A DNA stretch of 64,000 bases. Origin: Cyanobacteriota bacterium (GTDB taxonomy: Bacteria; Cyanobacteriota; Cyanobacteriia; Cyanobacteriales; Nostocaceae). The translations under genes were made by a program, and so were the position numbers. Location of the stretch: assembly GCA_046045965.1 (NCBI GenBank), contig JBJOKS010000010.1, positions 64,001 through 128,000 on the forward strand, read 5' to 3'. Below the pieces are notes generated by a model. That model had not been told where the DNA came from. It ran no database searches and worked only from the letters and a program-made list of their open reading frames with translations. Positions 19,575-29,787 of the stretch are shown piece by piece (positions within the stretch are counted from its first letter, which is position 1; each line of letters begins with the position of its first letter).

Positions 19575-21809
19575 ATGTCTCACCCCCTGTACGTCGCTTT
19601 TATCTGGCATCAACATCAGCCGTTATACAAGTCTCCTGGTAGTGGTATTTCTACCTCTGCTAGTCAGCAGTATCGCCTACCTTGGGTACGGTTACATGGT
19701 ACTAAAGATTATCTGGATTTAATATTACTATTAGAAAAGTATCCTAAATTGCACCAAACGGTGAATTTAGTACCGTCTTTGATTTTGCAACTGGAAGATT
19801 ATATTGCGGGGACTGCTTTTGATCCCTATCTGACAGCAAGTTTGACACCGGTTGAAAAATTAACCACAGAACAGAAAGAATTTATTGTTCAACATTTTTT
19901 TGATGCTAATCACCATACTTTAATTGATCCCCATCCTCGTTATGGCGAGTTGTATCATCAAAGACAGGAACAGGGACAAGCTTGGTGTTTAGCAAATTGG
20001 CAAGCGGTAGATTATAGTGATTTACTAGCTTGGCATAATTTGGCTTGGATTGATCCTCTGTTTTGGGATGACCCGGAAATTGCAACTTGGTTAAAACAGG
20101 GACGTGATTTTACTTTAAGCGATCGCCAACGTATCTATTCTAAACAAAAGCAAATCCTCAGCCGCATTATTCCCCAACACCGGAAAATGCAGGAAACAGG
20201 ACAGCTAGAAGTCACGACAACTCCCTACACTCACCCGATTTTACCCTTGTTAGCTGATACCAATTCTGGGCGGGTAGCAGTGCCAAATATGACGTTGCCT
20301 AACTCTCGTTTTCAGTGGGCGGAAGATATTCCTCGGCATTTACATAAAGCTTGGGATTTATATAAAGACCGCTTTGGGCAAGAACCCAAGGGTTTATGGC
20401 CTTCGGAACAGTCAGTTAGTCCAGAAATACTACCGTATATTATTAAACAAGGATTCAAGTGGATTTGCTCAGATGAAGCCGTCTTAGGTTGGACGCTAAA
20501 ACACTTTTTCCATCGAGATGGGGCGGGAAATGTCCAGCAACCTGAATTGCTTTATCGTCCTTATCGGTTGCAAACTCCAGCCGGCGATGTATCCATAGTG
20601 TTCCGGGATCATAGATTATCTGATTTGATTGGTTTTACCTACAGTTCCATGCAGCCAAAACAGGCTACAGCGGACTTAGTGGGACATTTGCAAGCGATCG
20701 CCAAAAAGCAAAGAGAAAACCCCAGTGAACAACCTTGGTTAGTTACCATTGCTTTAGATGGAGAAAATTGCTGGGAATTTTATCCCCAAGACGGTAAACC
20801 CTTCCTAGAAACCTTGTATCAAAATTTGAGTAATCAAGAAAATATCAAACTTGTTACCGTCTCCGAATTTCTAGAAAAATACCCTGTTACAGCTACTATA
20901 AATGGTGAACAATTACATAGCGGTTCTTGGGTAGATGGTAGTTTTACTACTTGGATCGGCGATCCTGTAAAAAACCGCGCTTGGGACTATTTAACCCACG
21001 CTAGACAAACCTTAGCCAAACATCCCGAAGCAACAGAAGAAAATAACCCTGCTGCATGGGAAGCATTATATGCTGCTGAAGGTTCTGATTGGTTTTGGTG
21101 GTTTGGTGAAGGACATTCTTCAAACCAAGATGCCATATTTGATCAACTATTTAGAGAACATCTCTATGGCATTTATAAAGCCTTAAATGAACCCATACCA
21201 GCCTATTTGACTCAACCTTTAGAAGTCCATGAAGCAAAGGCAGATCATCGACCAGAAAGTTTTATTCATCCGATTATTGATGGTAAAGGAGATGAACAAG
21301 ACTGGGATAAAGCTGGACGGATAGAAGTTGGTGGTGCTAGAGGAACAATGCACAATAGCAGCTTAGTTCAGCGGCTTTGGTATGGAGTAGATCACCTGAA
21401 TTTTTATTTGCGGGTAGATTTTAAAAGTGGTGTTGTACCAGGAAAAGAACTACCCCCAGAGTTAAATTTACTTTGGTATTATCCAGATAGAACAATGGTG
21501 AATAGTCCTGTACCTTTAGCAGAAGTTCCAGACATATCACCAGTTAATTATTTGTTCCATCATCATCTAGAAATTAATTTACTCACACAATCAGTTCAAT
21601 TTCGAGAAGCAGGAAATAACTATCAATGGCATCCTCGTGTTAGTCGCTCCCAAGTTGCTTTAAACTCTTGTTTAGAAGTAGCAGTACCTTGGGCAGATTT
21701 GCAAGTTCCTCCAGATTATCCTTTGCGGTTAATTGTGGTTTTAGCTGATGATGGTTGTTTTCACAGTTATTTACCAGAAAATTCTTTGATTCCCATTGAA
21801 GTTCCTTAA
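19575..21809 (+). CDS. Glycoside hydrolase family 57
   Basis: WHQHQP, HPILPLL, WPSEQ, LDGENCWE, AEGSDWFWW. Confidence 0.93.
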   Translation: MSHPLYVAFIWHQHQPLYKSPGSGISTSASQQYRLPWVRLHGTKDYLDLILLLEKYPKLHQTVNLVPSLILQLEDYIAGTAFDPYLTASLTPVEKLTTEQKEFIVQHFFDANHHTLIDPHPRYGELYHQRQEQGQAWCLANWQAVDYSDLLAWHNLAWIDPLFWDDPEIATWLKQGRDFTLSDRQRIYSKQKQILSRIIPQHRKMQETGQLEVTTTPYTHPILPLLADTNSGRVAVPNMTLPNSRFQWAEDIPRHLHKAWDLYKDRFGQEPKGLWPSEQSVSPEILPYIIKQGFKWICSDEAVLGWTLKHFFHRDGAGNVQQPELLYRPYRLQTPAGDVSIVFRDHRLSDLIGFTYSSMQPKQATADLVGHLQAIAKKQRENPSEQPWLVTIALDGENCWEFYPQDGKPFLETLYQNLSNQENIKLVTVSEFLEKYPVTATINGEQLHSGSWVDGSFTTWIGDPVKNRAWDYLTHARQTLAKHPEATEENNPAAWEALYAAEGSDWFWWFGEGHSSNQDAIFDQLFREHLYGIYKALNEPIPAYLTQPLEVHEAKADHRPESFIHPIIDGKGDEQDWDKAGRIEVGGARGTMHNSSLVQRLWYGVDHLNFYLRVDFKSGVVPGKELPPELNLLWYYPDRTMVNSPVPLAEVPDISPVNYLFHHHLEINLLTQSVQFREAGNNYQWHPRVSRSQVALNSCLEVAVPWADLQVPPDYPLRLIVVLADDGCFHSYLPENSLIPIEVP

Positions 21810-21935
21810 TTATGTAGGTTGGGTTGACGCAAGGAAACCCAACATTTTATTTATTGGTGAGTATCCAGGGTTGTTATTTCGCGCAAAGTCGCAAAGTGGC
21901 AAAGACGCAAAGGAAGAATAGTTAAAATTTAATTT

Positions 21936-22158
21936 TGTCAGAATCAGGATGTCCATGATTAAAGGATTTTCAGGATTGAATATTGATTTTTATGTTGTGA
22001 TTTTTTAAAATTATGAACATCTGATACAATTTTAATTGTGTTAAGATGATTCTTTCCACAAGCAATTGATCATCTATTCTCAAATTACTAAACTAAACCA
22101 TTAATTATCAAATAACGTCCTGTAAATCCTCAAATCCTGTAAATCCTGATTCAGACAA
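21936..22158. repeat. Inverted pair of ATCCTG-family repeats
   Basis: TGTCAGAATCAGGATGTCC..CAGGAT forward and TCCTGTAAATCC..TGATTCAGACA inverted, between convergent GH57 and asnS. Confidence 0.75.
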
Positions 22159-22198
22159 ACAAAAGGGTTTAGCACCGCCAAACCCCTATAACTAACTA

Positions 22199-23590
22199 TT
22201 AAAACTCTGCGCTTTGTGGTGTACGGGGGAAAGGAATTACATCCCGAATATTCCCCATTCCTGTCATAAATTGCACCAATCTTTCAAACCCCAAACCGAA
22301 ACCAGCATGGGGAACTGTACCATAGCGACGCAAATCTAAATACCACCACAAATCTTCAGGTTTCATACCCTGTGCTAAAACCCGTTTTTCTAACACATCA
22401 AGTCTTTCTTCCCGTTGTGAACCACCAATGATTTCGCCTATTTTTGGTGCAAGAATATCCATTGCGCGAACGGTTTTTTCATCGTCACTCAACCGCATAT
22501 AAAAGGCTTTGATTTGCGCGGGATAATCTGTAACAATGACGGGCTTTTTAAACAGTTGTTCTGCTAAATAACGTTCATGTTCTGATTGCAAATCTGCACC
22601 CCAATTTACAGGATATTCAAATTTAACATCAGCTTTTTCTAAAAGTTTAACTGCATCAGTGTAAGTTAAACGTTCAAATTGATTATTAATAATGTTGTCT
22701 GCGGTTTCTAAGACGGTTTTATCAATACGTTCATTGAAAAATTCCATGTCTTCTGGACAGGTTTCTAATACATATTTAAAGATATATTTCAGAAACTCTT
22801 CTGCTAAATCCATATCACCTTCTAAGTCACAAAAAGCCATTTCTGGTTCAACCATCCAAAATTCGGCTAAGTGACGAGAAGTGTTAGAATTTTCGGCGCG
22901 GAATGTAGGACCAAAGGTGTAAACGTTACTAAAGGCCATCGCCATTATTTCGGCTTCTAGTTGTCCACTTACTGTTAAATATGTGGGTTTTCCAAAGAAG
23001 TCTTGAGTATAATCAATTTCTTTGTTTTCAGTTCTGGGAACATCTTTTAAATTCAAGCTGGTGACATTAAATAATTCCCCCGCACCTTCACAGTCACTGG
23101 CGGTTAAAATGGGAGTATGTACCCACAAAAAACCACGTTCTTGAAAAAACTTGTGAATAGCAGTCGCACAAGCATTTCTGACGCGGAAAACTGCACCAAA
23201 TGAGTTAGTTCTACCACGTAAATGGGCAATGGTTCTTAGAAACTCAAAGGAATGACGTTTCTTTTGCAGAGGATAGGTTTCGGGATCAGCGTCTCCGTAT
23301 ACTTTTACTATATCTGCTTTTAATTCTATTCTTTGTCCTTTTCCTTGAGAAGCTACTAACACTCCTGATACTTCTACGGAAGCACCAGTATTTATCTGTT
23401 TTAATATTCCTTCGTAGTTTGGTAAATCTTGATTAATAACTACTTGCAAGTTACCTAATGATGAACCATCATTAACTTCTAAAAATGCAAATCCTTTTAA
23501 TTCGCGTTTTGTTCTTACCCAACCTTGCACTACTAAGGTTTCTTCAGGTTGACCACTTCTTAATATTTCTGCAATTCGATGTTTAATCAT
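22199..23590 (-). CDS. asnS: Asparagine--tRNA ligase
   Basis: [40 protein letters not shown]. Confidence 0.97.
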   Translation of the reverse strand: MIKHRIAEILRSGQPEETLVVQGWVRTKRELKGFAFLEVNDGSSLGNLQVVINQDLPNYEGILKQINTGASVEVSGVLVASQGKGQRIELKADIVKVYGDADPETYPLQKKRHSFEFLRTIAHLRGRTNSFGAVFRVRNACATAIHKFFQERGFLWVHTPILTASDCEGAGELFNVTSLNLKDVPRTENKEIDYTQDFFGKPTYLTVSGQLEAEIMAMAFSNVYTFGPTFRAENSNTSRHLAEFWMVEPEMAFCDLEGDMDLAEEFLKYIFKYVLETCPEDMEFFNERIDKTVLETADNIINNQFERLTYTDAVKLLEKADVKFEYPVNWGADLQSEHERYLAEQLFKKPVIVTDYPAQIKAFYMRLSDDEKTVRAMDILAPKIGEIIGGSQREERLDVLEKRVLAQGMKPEDLWWYLDLRRYGTVPHAGFGLGFERLVQFMTGMGNIRDVIPFPRTPQSAEF

Positions 23591-23775
23591 TTTATACAAT
23601 TTGGATTTTTTTCACTATATATAACACTAATTTAAACCAGAGACTGGGGACTGGGGACTCTTAAGAAAGCAGGGGAAGCAGGGGAAGCAGGGGAAGAATA
23701 TATTTATCTTTCGCCTGTTCCCTGTTCCCTGTTCCCTGTTCCCTTCTTTCCCAATTACCAATGACCAATTACCAA

Positions 23776-24120
23776 TTAACCAACCGAAGATTTTAACAGC
23801 CAACCTATAATAACGCCTAAACCACCAAAGCGGACGGCTTGCCAAAAAGGTCTATTGAGACTTTTCCAAGAAAATAACTGGCTTTCTAAGTTAATTTCTA
23901 GCACTTCCAACTCTTTTTCAAGGCGTTTTAACTCGGCTTTGATTTCTGGGTTCTGATTTTTATTTTCTTTGAGATTTTTAATTTCTTGTTGCCATTGTGC
24001 CTTTTGCTGTTGATCCTGTTGCACTTGGGCGTATCTTTCTTTCAAGAGTCGGAGTGCAGTTTCTAGTTCTTCTAGTTCCTGTTCAAACTCTGGTTGTTGG
24101 TTTTCCTCTAAATTAGTCAT
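23776..24120 (-). CDS. Coiled-coil hypothetical protein with C-terminal hydrophobic segment
   Basis: Q/E-rich heptads, FWQAVRFGGLGVIIGW. Confidence 0.7.
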   Translation of the reverse strand: MTNLEENQQPEFEQELEELETALRLLKERYAQVQQDQQQKAQWQQEIKNLKENKNQNPEIKAELKRLEKELEVLEINLESQLFSWKSLNRPFWQAVRFGGLGVIIGWLLKSSVG

Positions 24121-24186
24121 TGGTGATTGGTCATTGGCTATGATAATTACATCATAACTTTTACTATTAACTTAGCACTTAGTCGT

Positions 24187-24447
24187 ATGTCTCAAATCGG
24201 TCAACTAAATGATGTTACTACTCTGGAACTTGCCCAAGCTTTGATGGAAAGACTAAGTATTTCTCCTAATGATTGGCATCGTCTTAAGTCTAACCGTAAT
24301 TCTCGCGCTAGTGAACAGGTGGCGGCTGCGATGGTGTTTCTTCTCAAAAATCAGCCCCAAGAGGCACAAGCTAGGTTAGAACAGGCTGTAGGCTGGTTAG
24401 ATAAGTCAATTTCTGCCCCTCCCTGTCCAACTCATGGTAAAAATTGA
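24187..24447 (+). CDS. Small conserved hypothetical protein
   Basis: LSISPNDWHRLKSNR...PPCPTHG; start MSQI. Confidence 0.7.
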   Translation: MSQIGQLNDVTTLELAQALMERLSISPNDWHRLKSNRNSRASEQVAAAMVFLLKNQPQEAQARLEQAVGWLDKSISAPPCPTHGKN

Positions 24448-24567
24448 GGTACTGGGGAGATGGGGAGATGGAGAGAATAATATAATAATATTACTTCTTG
24501 CCTCCTGACTCCTGACTCCTGGCTCCTGACTCCTGGCTCCTGACTCCTGACTCCTCTCTTCTGCCTT

Positions 24568-25017
24568 CTATCGTCTTAAAGATAACAAACGCCGGGTTTC
24601 TATTTGCTTACAAAGCCTTAATTCTGTGCCTTTGCGGTTCCACTCTACTTGATCAAAAATTTGATGCAGTAGAGACATCCCGCGACCGTTTTCTGATTCA
24701 TCTGGTGGTAAATAGTCGGTGGGATCAGTGTCAGCATGACAACAGGGTGTAAAACCATTACCTTGATCTGAGATGATCCACCAATATTGATTATCTATTA
24801 AGGAAAAACGAACTACTACTAATTTGCCAGGATCAAGATTATTGCCGTGTTTAGCTGCGTTGACTAGGGCTTCTTGAAGTCCTAACCGCAGTTCGGCTTG
24901 TAATTTTGTGGGAATATCTGCCAATAGTAAATCTAATATTGGACATAGATATAGAGTTGAGGCAAAACTAATTGTACCCCAAGAACGCCCAAGTGGACGA
25001 AGAGAAATGGTAATCAC
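24568..25017 (-). CDS. pmgA: Anti-sigma-factor-like kinase PmgA
   Basis: FASTLYLCPILDLLL, LQEALVNAAKHGN, SENGRG. Confidence 0.8.
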   Translation of the reverse strand: MITISLRPLGRSWGTISFASTLYLCPILDLLLADIPTKLQAELRLGLQEALVNAAKHGNNLDPGKLVVVRFSLIDNQYWWIISDQGNGFTPCCHADTDPTDYLPPDESENGRGMSLLHQIFDQVEWNRKGTELRLCKQIETRRLLSLRR

Positions 25018-25446
25018 AAGAGAAACCCCGTAGCTTTTAGTTAGCTAGACATCAGTTTGGTGTTTATGCACCCTGATTAAAATTAAGGTGGTCATGCTGC
25101 CTTCAAACTTGCGTCTGTAAAACTAAATTTATGAAAATGCTAGGGTGCATTGACTCTAAATATGAGTGAGAATTGCTTGGTTAAAATCTGGCTGTAATTG
25201 TTTTGCTAATGCATTTAACAAATTCTCAGTTGTTATTTATTACTTTGAGTGAGTAGATAAATATCCAACTTCGTTGCCGCTTCATAATTTACACAATTTA
25301 GTTCACCTTTTTAGATCAGAGTCGATGCAACTTTAATGGTTTTAAAAAAAGAAATTTCTATTTTTAGGTAATTTTATTTTAGCATTATTAGTATGCAATA
25401 GACTACAAATTTTCCCTTTGAGTTTTTGTCAGAAATTCATTAGCAT

Positions 25447-26820
25447 CTAATCCCAAGGCGATCGCACGAGAAAAGCTGCTGTTTCCACGTGAGCGGTTTG
25501 AGGGAAAAAGTCGGCTGGCTGTACTCTTGTAAGATTGTATAATCCATGTTCACAAAGTATTTTCAGATCACGCGCTAAGGTGGCTACTTTACAACTGACG
25601 TAAACAATCCGCGAAGGTTTCAGGTTCAGCAAAGATTTGATCACATTAGCTTCACATCCTTTCCGTGGCGGATCAAGTAACACAACATCTGGTATAATTC
25701 CCAAATTTGGCAGAACTTTTTCCACTGCTCCTACTTGAAATGTAACATTATCAATTCCATTTAGTTGAGCGTTTAAAATAGCCTGTTCTACTGCTGTTGA
25801 TTGCACTTCCAAGCCGATAACTTGGCGTGCTTGTTTTGCTAGGGGTAAGGTTAAAGTACCAATACCACAATAGGCATCAACTAAAACTTCATGACCTTGC
25901 AAATTTAGTTCTGACTGAATTACTTGTAAAAGTGCTTCAGCCGTTTCGGTGTACACCTGAAAAAAGGTATCCGGGCGGACTTGAAATTCTAATCCGGCGA
26001 ATTTTTCTCGCAGGTAAGGAATTCCAGCAATGCAAGTTGTTTCTTTACCAAATATAGCATTTGTGCGATCGCTATTGCGATTGAGTGAAACTCCTACTAG
26101 CTGAGGATAACGCTGCAACCATTCCTGTGCTTGGGTTTCAATTCCTGGCAAATTCCCATTTTTGACTACCAAAGTTAGTAGCATTTCCCCTGTTCGCCGA
26201 CCAATGCGTAAACCCAGATGGCGAATTTCTCCTTGATGGCGTTTTTCGTCATAAATTGACCAGCCTCGTTTTTGGATATCCTGCTTTACTTCAGCCAAGA
26301 GAGGATTTAAGCGTTGGTCTTGAACTGGACATTGATTTAAGTTAATTAGTTGATGACTACCTTTTTGGTAGTAACCAGCTTGAACCTGACCTGTAGCTGA
26401 GATACCAATAGGATAGGTGGCTTTGTTGCGATAATTTAAAGATGAATCAGCTACCAATACCGGATCTACAGATGGGTTTACAAAACCGCCAATTCTTTCT
26501 AAAGCTTGAATTACTTGATTTTGCTTGGCTGTGAGTTGGTAATTATAATTTATATGCTGCCACTGGCAACCACCACATTTATCAGCGACAATGCAACTGG
26601 GACGGATACGTTGTGGAGATGGTTGGAGGATTTTTTGGAGGGTAGCATGGGCATATTTTGGCTTAACGTGTACCAGTCTGACCAGAGTGCGATCGCCCAC
26701 TACGGTATCTGGCACAAACACCACACGCTGATCAAAGCGTCCTACACCATCGCCAGTGTCGCTTAAATCAGAAATTTCAACTTCTATTACTTCACCCTGT
26801 CGCCAAACTGTATTAGTCAT
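25447..26820 (-). CDS. rlmD: 23S rRNA (uracil-5)-methyltransferase
   Basis: TRAM domain, CGGCQWQH, DAYCGIG, LDPPRKG, DFFPQTAHVE. Confidence 0.93.
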   Translation of the reverse strand: MTNTVWRQGEVIEVEISDLSDTGDGVGRFDQRVVFVPDTVVGDRTLVRLVHVKPKYAHATLQKILQPSPQRIRPSCIVADKCGGCQWQHINYNYQLTAKQNQVIQALERIGGFVNPSVDPVLVADSSLNYRNKATYPIGISATGQVQAGYYQKGSHQLINLNQCPVQDQRLNPLLAEVKQDIQKRGWSIYDEKRHQGEIRHLGLRIGRRTGEMLLTLVVKNGNLPGIETQAQEWLQRYPQLVGVSLNRNSDRTNAIFGKETTCIAGIPYLREKFAGLEFQVRPDTFFQVYTETAEALLQVIQSELNLQGHEVLVDAYCGIGTLTLPLAKQARQVIGLEVQSTAVEQAILNAQLNGIDNVTFQVGAVEKVLPNLGIIPDVVLLDPPRKGCEANVIKSLLNLKPSRIVYVSCKVATLARDLKILCEHGLYNLTRVQPADFFPQTAHVETAAFLVRSPWD

Positions 26821-27048
26821 TAGTTATTAGTCATTAGTCATTAGTCATTAGTTCAGTGGGAATAGGGAACTCTTAACAGGGAATAGTTAAAAAATATTAT
26901 TAACAAATATTAATTTTTAACAATCCCCAATCCCAATCACCAGTCCCCAATCCCCAATCCCCAATCCCTATCTTGCCATACCCTTCACTTCTGTACCGCG
27001 AACTGGTTAAACTAACAAATAATATTATTTCGTTTGATTGCCATAATC

Positions 27049-27534
27049 ATGACTGTAATTAGCCAAGTTATTCTCCAAGCGGACGACGAACTGCGTTACC
27101 CTAGCAGTGGCGAACTCAAAAGTATCAAAGAATTTTTGCAAACCGGCGCACAGCGGACTAGAATCGCTGCTACCCTCTCCGAAAACGAAAAAAAGATAGT
27201 TCAGGAAGCCACCAAAAAACTTTGGCAAAAGCGCCCTGATTTTATCGCTCCTGGTGGTAATGCTTACGGGGAAAAGCAACGTGCTTTATGTATCCGTGAC
27301 TTTGGATGGTACTTACGCCTGATTACCTATGGTGTACTTGCTGGTGACAAAGAACCTATTGAAAAAATTGGTTTGATTGGTGTGCGAGAAATGTACAACT
27401 CTCTAGGTGTTCCTGTTCCTGGAATGGTGGAAGCTATCAGTTCTCTCAAACAAGCATCCTTGGACTTACTCGGTGCTGAAGATGCAGCAGCAGCAGCGCC
27501 TTACTTTGATTACATCATTCAAGCGATGTCTTAA
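27049..27534 (+). CDS. apcD: Allophycocyanin B alpha subunit
   Basis: [36 protein letters not shown]. Confidence 0.95.
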   Translation: MTVISQVILQADDELRYPSSGELKSIKEFLQTGAQRTRIAATLSENEKKIVQEATKKLWQKRPDFIAPGGNAYGEKQRALCIRDFGWYLRLITYGVLAGDKEPIEKIGLIGVREMYNSLGVPVPGMVEAISSLKQASLDLLGAEDAAAAAPYFDYIIQAMS

Positions 27535-28012
27535 TATTAAGGTTGTAGCGAAACATTAGCGATAGCCGCAACGGCTGACGCTTCGCGTAACGCTACCCAT
27601 CAAAATTCATCATTGAGATGATCACCCTTTCCCCACACTTGTTAGTGGCTATGGCAACATATTTGTCAAGTTATTATAAAGTTGTGGGGATATCTTATGT
27701 GTATCTACTGATTGATGATCACCAATGAAAAGAAACCGACAGGAGGCTGTCGGCCATTAGTTGTGTTCCCTATTAATGACTCGGCTAGAGTTCAGTTATA
27801 GATGATTATGCCAACATGGTCACTATCAGAAGAGGATCTTAATCATGGATAATGGTGATTATAATCATAATCATTCGTGATTTAAATCACTGAAGTATTC
27901 ACTTAAAAATGTATTCTCTTGCTCAGTGGATGGAGAGAGAAAAATACACCAGAAACCGTAAATTAGATAAAAAAGCCAGCTTTTTTGTAAACAGCAACCA
28001 ATTTTTTATCAG

Positions 28013-28648
28013 ATGTCTCTTAACTTAGCCAAAGTAATATCAGCAACAGTATTATTAAGTGTAATCACTGCTTGTACTACACCACCACAAAACCAATTTT
28101 CCCCAGAAAATAAACCCCTTGTAGATAGTAATAAATCTGCCAAAAATAGACCACCTAATAAAACAGCGACAATTTCTGTTGAAGGAGAAAAAACTAACAT
28201 TAACTTAAAACTTTACCAGGAAAAAAATTTATTCAGTACCTACTTTCCTGAAGAAGATTTTTTGGTGGAAACTGCAACTTCAGATCAACCAAAGAGAGTA
28301 AAGTTTATTGCTAATTTTGGTGGTATCAAAAATGAAGATGCTTATATCCAAATTACCTTTACTGATAACTTCCAAAATATTGCAGAAGTCAAAAACTTTA
28401 TTACTAGTAAAGAGGGTATAATTGCAGCTAATAAATGGAAAATTGTCAGTCGTAGCAACACTTTAACCTATCCTTGGGCAAAAGAAAAGATTGCTTTTAG
28501 TAAAGGTGAAGATATTGTAGGTGATATTTACATTGGAGAACAAAATGCTAAAGTCTTTTATGTCATTACCCATTTTCCTTTAGAATATGGAGATGGTTTT
28601 TCACCAATAGAAGATTTGGTTTTAAGTAATCTGGAAATAGATAAGTAA
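28013..28648 (+). CDS. Hypothetical lipoprotein
   Basis: Signal peptide with lipobox ITAC. Confidence 0.7.
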   Translation: MSLNLAKVISATVLLSVITACTTPPQNQFSPENKPLVDSNKSAKNRPPNKTATISVEGEKTNINLKLYQEKNLFSTYFPEEDFLVETATSDQPKRVKFIANFGGIKNEDAYIQITFTDNFQNIAEVKNFITSKEGIIAANKWKIVSRSNTLTYPWAKEKIAFSKGEDIVGDIYIGEQNAKVFYVITHFPLEYGDGFSPIEDLVLSNLEIDK

Positions 28649-28700
28649 AGCCAAGACAAATTTTAAATTTTTCAGCTACAATACAGAAAATATCAAACCT

Positions 28701-29504
28701 GTGAAAACAGATACCATATTCTATCAACTGTTTCAAACATTACCTAGTATCCTTTTTGAACTACTTGGTAAACCAGCCACGGAAGCGGAAGTATATAAAT
28801 TTACATCTGTAGAAATTAAGGAACTAGCATTTCGCTTTGATGGTTTATTTGTACCTGATTCAGAAATACCTGAACAGCCAATTTACTTCGTAGAAGTTCA
28901 ATTTCAACCGAAAGCGGACTTTTACTGGCGGTTTTTTACCGAAATCTTTGTTTATCTGAATCAGTATCAACCAAAGAATGATTTTCACGCAGTAGCGATT
29001 TTTGCTAAACGTAGTTTAGATCCTGGTGTACCAATGCAGTATCGGGGTTTGCTAATGAGTCAGCAAATCACGTTTATTTATTTGGATGAGTTAGAGGTAA
29101 TAACCGATAATTCAATAGGACTGGGAATGGTACAGTTAGTTGTGGAAAAAGAGGAAACTGCTATTGATCATACCAGGCAGTTAATCCAAAAATCTCGACA
29201 ACAATTAACTGATGCCAGTAAAAGACAAAAGGTTTTAGAATTGTTAGAGACGATCTTGGTTTACAAGTTAACTAATTTAAGTCGTCAGGAGATTGAAGCA
29301 ATGTTTACTCTAGATGAATTAAAGCAAACACGGTATTTTCGAGAAGTTGCTGAGGAAGAAAGAACAAAAGGTAAGTTAGAAACAGTACCGCTGTTATTGC
29401 AGTTAGGTTTGACTGTGGAACAAATAGCCGCAAATTTAGGTGTGGATATTGAAGCGGTGAGGAAAGTTGCGGAAGAATCTGTTGATGAAAATCTTTCGGA
29501 GTAG
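28701..29504 (+). CDS. Rpn family recombination-promoting nuclease / DUF2887
   Basis: KTDTIFYQLF, FRFDGLF, FVEVQFQ; C-terminal HTH-like GLTVEQIA. Confidence 0.85.
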   Translation: MKTDTIFYQLFQTLPSILFELLGKPATEAEVYKFTSVEIKELAFRFDGLFVPDSEIPEQPIYFVEVQFQPKADFYWRFFTEIFVYLNQYQPKNDFHAVAIFAKRSLDPGVPMQYRGLLMSQQITFIYLDELEVITDNSIGLGMVQLVVEKEETAIDHTRQLIQKSRQQLTDASKRQKVLELLETILVYKLTNLSRQEIEAMFTLDELKQTRYFREVAEEERTKGKLETVPLLLQLGLTVEQIAANLGVDIEAVRKVAEESVDENLSE

Positions 29505-29787
29505 TTAGAATAAATGGAAAGTGATTAGTTTGACTGATCACTTTTTTTCAAAATTTTCAAAAGTTGATTAGAGAATTTCATACCTATAAAACATTAGTAT
29601 GTAAAACTAGCTTCTTGCATATTTTATCAGCGAGCTACATAGTTAATTCTACATGAGACTAGGTTACTGCACCCCCAGATACCCTACTTCTAACATCAAT
29701 TAAAATTTAAATTTATTGCCCAGATTAAAAAAAGAAGTCCAGTATCTCAGATAGAATATTCCTCTGTCCCCTTGGTGCATAACTGCC

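Noticed and set aside
28701..29504. Rpn gene as an active IS transposase
   Set aside because: No terminal inverted repeats or target duplication seen; the family is not a demonstrated transposase
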